A stretch of 37,583 nt of DNA from Basidiobolus meristosporus CBS 931.73 (GCA_002104905.1 MCFE01000772.1:1-37583); one strand, 5' to 3'; positions 23,139 through 34,232 are shown, counted from the first letter of the stretch. Numbers and translations are program-made. The notes: a model not told the origin generated them from the letters alone.

Positions 23139-23530
23139 TGTGGTGGTGTATAAGTCTAAGGGAGACCAACATGAAACACTTCTTAAGTGTTTTGTGTTTG
23201 TATCTCTTGACTGGGCAAGATATCCTCTTGCAAAAGCTTGCTAGCAATACTTGGGTAATGTCCTTAATCTAGTGTGAAGGGGAATAAAGGCAGAAGCTTG
23301 TCAAGGGAAACTATTCAGCTACAATCTCCATCTTGGTTGGCATCTTAACAAAAGTATGTGTGGGGTTCAGCATCCTTTGTGATGACCATATATTCAAGCT
23401 TTCAAAATCAAAACAACTGTAAACGCCAGCTGCAGGGACTTGATAAGAATACAGCTGTGGTCAATAATTACTGAGTCAGAACAGTCTCTATGCATGTACA
23501 AGAACAAACTTGGGAAAGAATCAGCTATAA
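23139..23530 (-). mobile_element. Second copy of the ~390-bp TE coding remnant
   Basis: Direct repeat of 18897-19287, roughly 80% identical by eye. Confidence 0.6.
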
Positions 23531-23533
23531 TAC

Positions 23534-23750
23534 TGTTATGATCTACACCTGAATATTAGAGTTAGGTAACCTTTAGTAAAAACAATTAGTTTTATTTTTA
23601 GTCTATCAATATAATGGTGTTATCTACCAAATCAGTAGTATTAGTCAGCAGATGAAAAATCAGATGATGCTATGTTATGATATACCACTTGAACATTTTA
23701 GTTAGGTCAGTTTTCAGTCAAATCAATTAGTTTTATGTTTAGCCTATGTG
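23534..23750 (+). repeat. Two stacked 5' fragments of gypsy LTR C (23534-23670 and 23673-23750)
   Basis: Each begins TGTTATGAT and matches the reverse complement of 24045-24123 (e.g. AGTTTTCAGTCAA..ATTAGTT.TATGTTTAGCCTA). Confidence 0.7.
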
Positions 23751-23755
23751 TATAT

Positions 23756-26700
23756 TGTTGCAAGTCTTGATATAAGAGTTGTCGAGGAAGAGGGAGTTTA
23801 GCTAGTATTGTATTTACTAAAACTTCAACTGATTTTTATTCAGGTTCCAGCAGCTCATTTTTTACATTTTGCCAGATCAATTACTTAATTATTGTATTTC
23901 CTAATGTAGGTTGTGACTGATGACTCATTTGATTACATCACCATCACCCAATAAGATCCAACTTAGTATATCTATTTCTGTTGGATAAGGATCTGCTGAT
24001 TCATTTGCTGACTAATGCTACTGACTTGATCGGTAACACTGATATAGTGGTAGGCTAAACATATAACTAAATGATTGACTGAAAACTAATCTACATTAAA
24101 CATTCAAGCGGTATATCTTAACATTCTCCCCTACTAAGATTGAGAGGGTCCTCCTAAATCTCTATTCTTGTGATACAAATATCTTCATGGCTCAGTACTG
24201 TTGGCAAGTCTTGCAAGCCTGAGTCTGTCTCTATGAGCTAAATCTTCCAGGATATTCCCTTGTTTGTTCACTAGTTGGTAATTTGAAAGTGAACATCCTC
24301 TGATGATCTTATATGGTCCCATGCATTGTGGCTCAGACTTCTTCCAAGTGTTGTTTCTCAGCAACACAAAGTTCCCAAATGTCAATGCTGTTGAAATACT
24401 GAACTATTTGGTATCATTCAGCAGCTGAAAATCTACTTAACATTTCTAGAATAGTTTTGATCATTGTAGGATCATTTTGCAGCCCAACCTTGCCAGTTTC
24501 TTCAGATCTATGTTCCTATGATTATTCCCCTACAGTCAGGATCAAATTAACACTTTTTACCAAACATTATGTACTAGCCTTGAAACTGTTACAGAATATT
24601 CCTGAATGTCCAGAAACCCTCCTTACTTAGTGTTACAGCTGTATCACTTCTACAAAGGAATATAGACTGAGCTTCTTTTCTAATAAACAACAGTTCAACT
24701 ATTTTCACTATTTCTTGATAAATTCCTTGTATTCATATCACTTCTTAAATTGCAACAGGTTATGAGCCATGATTGCCTTGATCTATTCTAAAGATGACTT
24801 CTACCAGCAACAGAACAATACAAGCATCTTCCCTGTAAGATACTGATCCTCTTTATGAATAAACAACTGCTTAACCATTATCACTCTTTCTTGATAAGTT
24901 CCTTATATTCAAATCACTTCTTAAATTACAACATATGCTTCTGGTGATATAGTCTTATCAGGTTTCTGCTTCATCTGTTGTGCACTTTGAGATACTTTAG
25001 CCTGTGCCTCTTATTGTGTTTATTCCAGCTGTTGGTGTCTACTTGGCTGACTGAGCTCATCTTCTAAGGCATCTATAAGCTATGGTTGTGTCCTTCAATT
25101 CCAAGATGTCCTTATTCATGGTGTAGCTTATATATTAAATCCAAGCAAGCAACATAAGGGTAATATGCAATAGGGCTTCCATCAACAATTTGTTAAAGTG
25201 TTTTATCCTGTACCACAAACTTGCTGGCTTCATCCTGGATTATGATCTTGATCTCTTCATCCATGTTTTTAGGAATGTCTAGGTCCTGCAAGTACCCTGG
25301 TAATCAGCTAGGCCAATCTGATTCATGCCCCAAGCTGAGTTGTGCAACTTGTTTTAATATTGATAAGGCATCAGCAACTGTTTTGTTTTTCTCAGGGCAG
25401 TAGACAATCTCCAAATCAAATTGCTGAATGTATTCACTCCACCTTACCATTCTTCTGGAGAGTATCTTCTGAGTAAATATATACTTCAGTGAGGTGTGAT
25501 CAGTCTTCACAGTGCACTTGACTCCTTTAATATAGCATCTCCACATCTTTCAAGCAGTGTATTATAGCAAGCTTCTCCTTTTCATGCACTGGATAGTTCT
25601 GCTCTGCTGGGTCCAGTTTCTTGGACTCAATAGCAAATGTTGAGTCCTTTCCCTCATGTTCCTGTCTCTGTACTCCACCAATTGCATAGTCTGAAGCATC
25701 CATGCACAGAGTAAGCTCTTTTCTGAAGTCCAGGATTCTTAAGCTTGGCCACTTATCAAGTTCATTCTTGAGCATTTGAAAGGCAGTTTCACATGCTATG
25801 TTCCACTTCATGGTGTTGTCTTTCTGGAGAATATCAGTTAAAGGGGCTATAATACTTGCAAAGGACTTGACAAATCTCAAATGCTAGGAAACCATTCAAG
25901 GGAATGATCTGAGCTCTGATATGCTATGAGGCTGCTTCAGATTCTTGATGACTTCAACCTTTTTGGGGTGAAAGGTTATTCCTGTGCTAGTCACTATGTG
26001 TCCCAGGTATTCAAAATGTTCCTTCAAGAATTCATATTTTGCTAGCTTGCTATATAGCTTGTTCTCTCTTTGCTTCTTCAAGACCTTTACAATGTACCAA
26101 GTGTTCTGCTTCTGTCTTGCTATATATCAAGATGTCATCTAGGTAGATTCCCACATACTTTTCTTAGTATTCCTGGAGAACTGTTTGCATCAAGGATATA
26201 TATATTGCTGGGGCATTGGTGAGGCCAAAACTCATGACTAGATACTCATATTGTCCTTATCTGGTCCTGAATGCTGCCTTAGGGATGTCTGCTGGTTTCA
26301 CCCTAATCTGGTTGTATCCTGACATAATGTAAATCTTGCTGAATATGGTAGCTCCATTGAGTTGGTCCAAAAGCTCATCAATACAAGGTATTGGGTGCTT
26401 ATTCTTCCCTTTAACCAAGTTGTAGGCTCTGTAGTCAATGCACATCCCAAGTGTAATATCTTTCTTTTTCACAAAAAGTACTGGTGCACCCCAAAGTGAC
26501 TTGCTGGGTCTGATGTATCCTTGCTCCAATAACTGATCTATTTGTCTCTTCATCTCTTCCAAATCCAATGAACTTATTCTGTAGGGTGTCTTACTCACTG
26601 GAGGACTATCTCCTGTGTCAATGGCATGATCCATGTCTCAGACTAGTGGTAGGGTTGCAAGTTCCTCTAGAAGTATATCTGCATATTCCCTCAAAAGAGT

Positions 26701-27160
26701 CTGCACCTTCTAGGGTGCTGAAGTAGAGGAATCCTCCTTTAATACTGCCATGGGGAACATTGGGGTACCTTTTCTAAGTGCTCTACAGAGCTGTATATTG
26801 TTAAGCTCACTTGTTTCATAAACACTGGAATTGACAAAGTTAAAATCCAGTCTGGCAGGTAATAACACATAGGTCTTGTTGTCCTTCTGGATCTGAGTAG
26901 CATGGGTTCTCCAGTTGATTGATGGATTACAACAGAACAGCCAGGTTTTTTCAAGTACAAGGTCAAACTTGCAGTTCCCAAATATATAGGCCTGAAGGTC
27001 TTCTTCATAGTCATTGATCTTCATCCTTACTGGCTGAGTAATATGGTTGATAATGTGAGAGTTCCCATCTGCTTTTGAGACTGAAGTTGATTTGGTTGGC
27101 TCCAAGTTGATTCCAGCCTTCAAATAAAATTGCTGAGTCAATCATGCAGAAATTGATATA
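23756..27160 (-). mobile_element. Ty3/gypsy (family C) 3' portion: PR-RT-RH-deleted IN, PPT, and 3' LTR 23756-24123
   Basis: CMIDSA (PR), [74 protein letters not shown], and GPY. PPT AGTAGGGGAGAA precedes the 368-bp LTR. There are many stops and frameshifts. Confidence 0.92.
24389..24933 (+). mobile_element. Internally deleted copia B derivative (369-bp 5' LTR, PBS, ~85 bp, ~90-bp 3' end of the 3' LTR)
   Basis: LTR 24389-24757 has the same length as 34233-34601 and is homologous to it. PBS GGTTATGAGCC is at 24758 and the second LTR end CAACA at 24933. Flanks are AATGC/TATGC (4/5 TSD), and removing the insert restores the gypsy IN frame (KPDKTISPEA|LTFGNFVLLR). Confidence 0.88.
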
Positions 27161-27235
27161 TTTAGAAGGATCTAATTGAGTAAGGCTAATGCAATCAAAT
27201 GTGTCTTCACCCACAACATACATTTGGAAATACAA

Positions 27236-30057
27236 TCAGTCAGCAATTGATCCAGCAAACTGTATATAAGGAGCTGCTGGAACCTAAATAAACATCAGTT
27301 CAAGGATTGGTGAATATAACCCTAGCTAAACTCCCTGTCCTTCTACAACTCTTATATCAGGACTTGCAACAATTAGAGAGAAATAGAAGTATGAAGTAAG
27401 ATCTAATTGGGTGATTCTGATGTAACTAAATGAGTCACTAGAACAACCTATATTAGGAAATAAAATTAGCAGTAATTGATCTGGCAAAATGTATAAAAGG
27501 AACAGCTGGAACCTTAATAATAATCAGTTGAGGCTTGAGTGAATACAATTCTAGCTTAACTTCTTATTCCCCAACACTCTTATAACAAGACTTGTAACAT
27601 TGGTAGCAGCAATAACCAGAAACCCCCCTCCTGAAGAAAGAAGATGCCTCCCTCAAGATGTCAGAAAATCAAGAAAAGAAGAATGCTATGCAACAAATCC
27701 TGGCCTAGCAGCAACAGTTACTCCAGATCCTTAGCCAGCAGCAACAAGGAATGACAACCATGGCACAAATAAGTCTCCCTGAAGATGTCAGGAAACCAAG
27801 AATGGAAGAATGCTCTGCAGCAAATACTGTCCCAACTGCAACAGTTACCCCAAATCTTAAGCCAGCAGCAACAAGGAATGACTACCACAGCCCAGATCCA
27901 CCAAGGTGTATCAAGAACAACTTTAGTGTGAAGGTCAACCAGTACTATTGTAGAATCAATGAAACTTTAGGAGGTTGGCTCTTTTGGATTGAAGAATTTT
28001 TCAAGGCTAACAGAATTGGCCAAGAACGCAAGTTACATTATGTAGCCTCTTACCTGGCAGATGCAGCTTAACAGTGGTATCACAATAAGATCAGGTCAGC
28101 CATTGTGATGGGCTGCTCTACTATTTCAACCTGTGATGTGTTTGTGTTGGAGATTCAGGATGCCATTGAACCACCCTGCAAGCAGACACTAAATATGAAG
28201 GAAGCCAAGCACACTCAAGCATAAAGGAGTGGTTTAAGAATACATCTATGAGTATAGAAGTCTACTTGTACAAATTGAAAGATTGAACCCCTTGGATCAA
28301 GTTGAATCATTTATTGATTGGTTGAAAGTACAAACTTGCAAGGAAGTGAATTAACAAAGACCGCAGACTATTGAAGAAGCCATCAAGATTACCATTGACT
28401 ATGACTCTGCTATGCTTTGAGTTGGGAAGCCCACAATGACTAATCAGAGATACCATAATCACTATGAAAGAAGACCATCAGAAGCAGTGCCAATGGAAAT
28501 AGTTGTTACGCAGAAGAATCCCACTTCAGATGAACAGGCTTTGCCTTAATTGACACCAGCAAGGACATACTGCAAAGTACTGCCAGTGGAATAAAAAACG
28601 GACCCCAGTCAACAAGAATTTTCAACCATATTGAAGCCCTTAAGCATAGTAATGTGGAGGATGAACTTGAAGAAGACTCAGAACGTACCTCTCATATGAC
28701 AGAAGAATACTTGTCCCAAAGGACTTCAAACTCAAGGAAGCTAATATACTTTGTGGAGTTGTCAGTAGACTCTCTGCAAAGCTCATAATTGGCACAGTAG
28801 GATTGCCTGAGTATATGTTAGAACAATTTGCCTTGAGAGCTGGAATCAACTTGGAACCCACCAAATTAGTTTCAGTTGCACAAGCTAATGGGAACACTCA
28901 TATAATCAACCATATTACTCAGCCAGTAACAATGAAGATCAATAGCTATGAAGAAGACCCACATGCATATATCTGGGAACTATAAGTTAGACCTTGCACT
29001 TGGAAAAACCTTGCTATTTTGCTGAAATCCATCAGTCAACTGGAGGACTGGTGCTACCCAGGTCTAGAAGGACATGAAGACATATGAGCTATTACCTGCT
29101 AAACTGGATTTTTACTAGGTCAATTCCATTGTGTGTGAAACAAGTGAACTTAGCAAATAGCAACTCTGTAGAGCCTTTGGGGAAAGGACCCAGATCTTAC
29201 TCATAGTTGTAATACAGGAAGATTTCTCTGCTGCAGCACCCCATAAGATCTAAATTCTTATGAGATAATATCCAGACATGTTTCCATATGCATATGTATT
29301 CCTACCACTAGTCATAGATTTGGATTGTGCCATTGATATTGGAGATAGCGCTCCAGTGAGCACAACACCTTAAAGAATGAGTCTCTTAGAGTTGGAAGAG
29401 ATGAAGAGACAAATAGATCAGTTATTGGAGCAAGGATATATCATACCCAGCAAGTCATTCTGGTGAGCACTAGTACTTATTGAGAAAAAGAAGGATGGAC
29501 CGCTTAGGATGTGCATTGACAACCAAGCCCTGAACTCAGTTATCATGAATAATAAGTACCCCATACATTGGATTGATGAGCTTTTGGACCAACTCAATGA
29601 AGCTACCATATTCAGGAAGATTGAATTCATGTCAGGATACATCAAATTAGGGTGAAACAAGAAGACATCCCTAAGATGGCATTTAGGACCAGATATGGAC
29701 ACTACAAGTACCAGTAATGTGTTTTGGCCTTACCAATGTCCCTGCAACATTCATGACCCTGATGCAAACTATCTTCCAGGAGTACTTGGACAAGTTTGTG
29801 GTAATCTACCTAGATGTCATATTGACAGACAGGAAGACTGAAGTAGACCACATGGTGCATATTGAAAATATCTTAAATATGCCAGAGAGAACAGGCTATA
29901 TTAAAAGCTAGCAAAGTGCAAATTCTTGAAAGAACACCTTCATTTTCTGAGACACATAGTGACTAGCACAGGAGTGACCTTAGACCCCTAGAAGATTAAA
30001 GTCATAAAAAATCTGAAGTAGCCACTTTGCATCTCAGAACTTACATCATTCCTTGAG
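27236..30057 (+). mobile_element. Ty3/gypsy family C, plus-strand 5' portion (LTR pieces 27236-27371 and ~27378-27599, PBS, gag, PR, RT N-terminal part)
   Basis: LTR end CTTGTAACA at 27599 is followed by TTGGTAGCAGC. Gag LGGWLFWIEEFF...KLHYVASYLADAA; RT MCFGLTNVPATF...YLDVIL. Heavily decayed. Confidence 0.88.
27600..27611 (+). promoter_or_regulatory. Gypsy primer-binding site (T)TGGTAGCAGCA, complementary to a tRNA 3' end (tRNAi-Met-like)
   Basis: Directly follows the LTR; the same sequence occurs inverted at 31861-31871 next to the other 5' LTR. Confidence 0.7.
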
Positions 30058-32238
30058 CTTCAGATTCTTGAAGACTTCAACCTTCTTTGGGTCTAAGTTC
30101 ACTCCTGTGCTAGTCACTATGTGTCCAAGGTGTTCCACATATTCCTTCAAGAACTGACACTTTGCTAGCTTGCCATACAGCTTGTTATCTCTTAGCTCCT
30201 TCAAGACCTTTTCAATGTGCACCAAGTGTTCCTCTTCTGTGATGCTGTATATCAATATCTCATCCAAGTAAGTTATAACAAACTTTTCCAAGTATTCCTG
30301 GAAGTCTGTTTGCATCAAGTTCATGAATGTCATTGATCTTCATTCTTACTGGCCGAGTAATATGGTTGATTAAGTGAAAGTTCCCATCTGCTGTTGAGAC
30401 TGAAGTTGATTTGGTTGGTTCCATGATTTACAAAATAATCTTTAATAACATTTTTCTTTCCAAATATCACCATTCTGGTTGTGGAAACTACGACATCTTT
30501 AAACTAAAAATCAACTTTGCAACATAACTTTTAAAAACCTTTTTTTTCTGATTGCTTACATCACAGTAGTGGAAACTGTGATGTATATAATTTAAAAACC
30601 AAACTTTGCAAAAATATTCTTTAATTTTTTTGTTCTAGCACCAACATTTTTGTTGCAGAAACTATGATGCATATAGTTTAAAGTCTTAAGCTCATTTGGT
30701 GGCCTCAGGTTGATACCTGGCTTCAAAAAAATTGCTCTGACATGTACTCATGCAAGGCTCCTGAGTCAATCATGCACTTGGCATGTACTCCACTGATTAT
30801 TCTATTCATGTATAATAGCTTTCCTGAGCTTGAGGTCTTCTTGGTTGGGTATTCTTCTGTCATATGGAAGGTGAGTGCTGCATCTTCTTCAAGTTCATTG
30901 TCCATGTTACTATGCTCAAGGGCTTTAATATGGTTGAGGGTTCTGGATGGCTGGTGTGCATTTCTTCTCAAAAGGCAGTATTTTGCAATATTTCCTTGCT
31001 GGTGGCAATTAAAGCAAAGTCCTTTCTTCTTACATTCTTCTAAGGTAAAATTCTTCTGTATGGTGTCTATATCCATTGGCACTGCTTCTGATTGTCTTCT
31101 TTCATAGTGATTGAAGCCTGTCTGATTAGTGATTGTGGGCTTTCCAACTCCAAACATAGCTGAGTCACAGTCAATGGCAATCTTGATGGCTTCTTCCATA
31201 GTCTGAGGTCATTGATAACTCATTACCTTGTAAGCTCTTTCCTTCCACCATTAATAAAGTACTCAACTTGATCAAGGGGTCCCATTTGATCACTTTGTTG
31301 AATTAGATATCTATACTCATAGATATACTCTTGAACCATTCCTTTCTGTCTCAGTGTCTTGAGCTTCCTTCTCAGTAGTGTCTGCCAGTGTGGGGGTTCA
31401 AAAGCATCTTGAATTTCTGACACAAACTTATCCCAGGTAGAGATTATAGAGCTTCTCATCATAGTAGCTGACCTGACCTTGATTTGGTACCACCATAAAG
31501 CTGCATCTACTAAGTAAGCATCTGCATAATGCAACTTACTCTCTGGAGCAATACCCTTAGCCTTGAAAGCTTCTGCAATCTGGAAGAGGCTAGCTCCCAG
31601 GCTTTCATTGACTCCACCATAGTACCAGTTGACTTTCACACTACAGTTGCTCTTGACAGGGTTTTAATGGCTCTTGGCCATGTTAGTCATTCCTTGCTGG
31701 CTCTGGGCCTTGGTAGTCATTCCTTATTTCTGCTAGCTAAGGATCAGCAGTAACTGTTACTGTTGGGCCAGGATTTGCTGCATAGCATTCTTCCATTCTT
31801 GATTTTCTGAAATCTTGAAGGAGGCTTCTTCTTTCTTCAGGAGGGGGGTTTCTGGTTGTTGCTGCTACCAATGTTACAAGCCTTGGTATAAGAGTTGTAG
31901 AGGAATAGGGAGATTAGCTAATATTGTACTTAATAAACTTGGAAAGGTTTTTATTGAGGTTCCAGCAGCTCCTTATTTACATTTTGCCAGATCAATTGCT
32001 GACTAATTATATTTCCTAATTTAGGCTGTAGCTGATAACTCACTTGATTGCCTCTTCATCACCCAATAAGATCCTACTTGATATAACTATTTCTGTCTGA
32101 AGAGGATCTGCTGATTCATTTGCTGGCTGATGCTACTGACCTGATAAATAACACTGATGTACTGATAGGCCAAAGATAAGCTCATTGATTGGGCTAAAAA
32201 CAGATCTAACTCAAACATTGAAGTGATAAATTATGACA
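30058..32238 (-). mobile_element. Ty3/gypsy family C, minus-strand 5' portion (5' LTR 31872-32238, PBS, gag-PR to ~30690, PR/RT fragments 30058-30422)
   Basis: ORF 31223-31639 resembles a retrotransposon gag capsid (WDKFVSEIQDAFEPP...LRQKG.VQEY). ORF 30723-31199 contains CFNCHQQGNIAKYC and CMIDSGA. ORF 30046-30333 is RT (YLDEILI, LAKCQF, HLGHIVT). The 367-bp LTR is homologous to 23756-24123. Confidence 0.9.
30423..30690. repeat. AT-rich ~87-bp tandem repeat (~3 units) interrupting the gypsy protease
   Basis: G(T/C)(G/A)GAAACT..GA at 30481, 30569 and 30655; AACTTTGCAA recurs at the same period. Confidence 0.65.
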
Positions 32239-32319
32239 TCTTAGTAGCATCTGGATGAGCTTAGAATGTTCTAAGTAGATGCTGAAGGTTCTAAGAGGCA
32301 CAGTACATTCAACCAATCC

Positions 32320-32720
32320 AGGCTCATTTAGCTTGAAATGCCCCATGTACAACTTGGTCATCAATATAGTACTATTGTTGAAAAGCAACTGCATTGCTCC
32401 CAGTGGAAAGCTTTTGATCCAACAGATACCCTCTATCTTAAGTATCTTTGGTTTCCAATTAATTTCATATTCTAGCCAATAGCTTGTAGCTTGCCATCTT
32501 TGCTGCAATTGCATGCTGACTTATGTATGTTCTCTCTGTGTAAAGGTGATGTTCTCAGTGTTGGTGTTTGGGTAATGATAATATGTGTGATTTATGGAGT
32601 AAGTCCCCTGGATCTCACACATTTGACAGCAACACTGTCCATTGTGCCCAGAACAGCTGGCTATCTTGCTGATGGCTGGGGTATCTCCAATGTGTACAAT
32701 GTTTTCCCCCAATGGTGGTG
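32320..32720 (-). pseudogene. CMC/CACTA-like transposase remnant, middle part
   Basis: GDTPAISKIASCSGHNGQCCCQMCEIQG and GAMQLLFNN....KLYMGHFK; inverted homologue of ~8575-8943. Confidence 0.8.
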
Positions 32721-32989
32721 GATTCCTGACAAGTTAGACATCCTGCAATGGTGGCATTTCTGATGTGAACGCCATACTACTGTTATCATAAGCTGGTATT
32801 AGAACAGTCTCTGGGTCAAATTATGCCAGCATCATGAGGGTTTTCTGTTTAAAACCTGTACATTGTAAGTTGCATTGTGGGAAGATTTTGGTCAGAAGTA
32901 GTAGAAGATCCTCACAGCCCATATTACAGATATTATAGGAAAATGCTACTTCTCTAGCCACAATATCACACCATCCACCAATAGATTAA

Positions 32990-34232
32990 TTAGAAGGCTG
33001 GGCTGAATCTTAAGGTTTCACAGACTTTCCTGACTCAGTTTGTGCAAGTGGACATGTCTAACCATATGCTGTTGTAGAAGTATCAAGTGGCCAGCAAGAT
33101 AATGCTGGTTCAGTAGTGACTGGTAAATGGTCAATATGACATGCGTGGCAAAACACGGGCCATGATTCTTGTAATACTACCTATGCTGTCTGCATGCTTC
33201 ATGGCTGAGATGCATGCAACAACAGTCACAAAGCCTTTTTACTCTTCTTTTGATCATGGGGCAAACAGTTTGACACTCAACAACATAATGCTATTATATC
33301 ATATTTTTGTCAATACTCATGTGAATTCAAGAAAGTCTTGGATTTGAGACTTTGCACCTGCATGAATGTAAGCTTCAATAATGACTCACCATAATAAGCA
33401 TTATTAATAAAGATGACTGAAGGGAATAATGCAAACTCCTCAGGCTCACAGTCAAGTAGACAATTGGGAAGCTATGCATAGCTGCAAGCTGACCTTATTA
33501 GTGAGGCAGATGAGAATGTAGCAAAAGCAGTGCCCTCAGTTGAAGGCCAGCAAGTGGCCATCATAACATCACCACCACGTGGTTTTGGGCCAGCATTTGT
33601 ATGCTGATTAAGTTACTCAAGAATAGCAGAAACTATCAAAGGCAGAAGACTAAGGGTGCAATGGCTAAAAATCTGTGACTTCCTCAAGACCCATCACAAG
33701 CAGAGCCAAAAGCTCCAAACAAGCATCATAGGGGCATCAGGTAGCTGGGAGAGTGCTGATAAGGGAAAAGCAGGCAGACAGAGATGCACCAGCACAACAT
33801 TTACCAAGTAAAAAGCGTAGTTCTATTTGAAAAGCACTTGGTTAAAGTAGCAATGAAGGACCTGGCAGCAATAAAATACAAAGCTGCCTCAGGAGCCATC
33901 ACAGGATGGACTGAGTGCTTGAAATAAGAAGGTAAGGAGCATTAGGTTGCCTGTAGAGTGCCAACAAGGGACCAGCAGGCCAGAACAGATGCAGCAGAGC
34001 AGCATATATCAAGGAGAAAATGTAACTTAGTACAACAAGCACTCAGACAAAGCAGCAGTGAATGACCTGGCAGTGATCAAGAACAAGGTAAAGGGGAAAA
34101 GTTCTACCCAAGCCGGAGATAGGGTAGTGTGAAAAAACCAGCAGTTCTGGCCAAGTAACACCATGAGCCCAGAACAGACTGAATCCCATTATAGCCAAGT
34201 TGAATTATCAATAAGAGAACAGCTGTTATTAC
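32990..34232 (+). mobile_element. Second, internally deleted copy of repeat U (two 207-type units)
   Basis: Inverted homology to 6240-4000, with a ~600-bp internal deletion relative to the left copy; cut on the right by the copia B LTR. Confidence 0.65.

Noticed and set aside
30695-30722. CAGGT-TGAT-ACCTG hairpin as a Helitron 3' end
   Set aside because: It is gypsy protease coding sequence homologous to ~27095-27125, with no CTRR terminus.
23756-32238. A single intact gypsy element bounded by LTRs 23756-24123 and 31872-32238
   Set aside because: No TSD (TATAT vs TCTTA), LTRs only ~83% identical by eye, and the interior contains duplicated, antiparallel gag/PR/RT, so at least two copies are involved.
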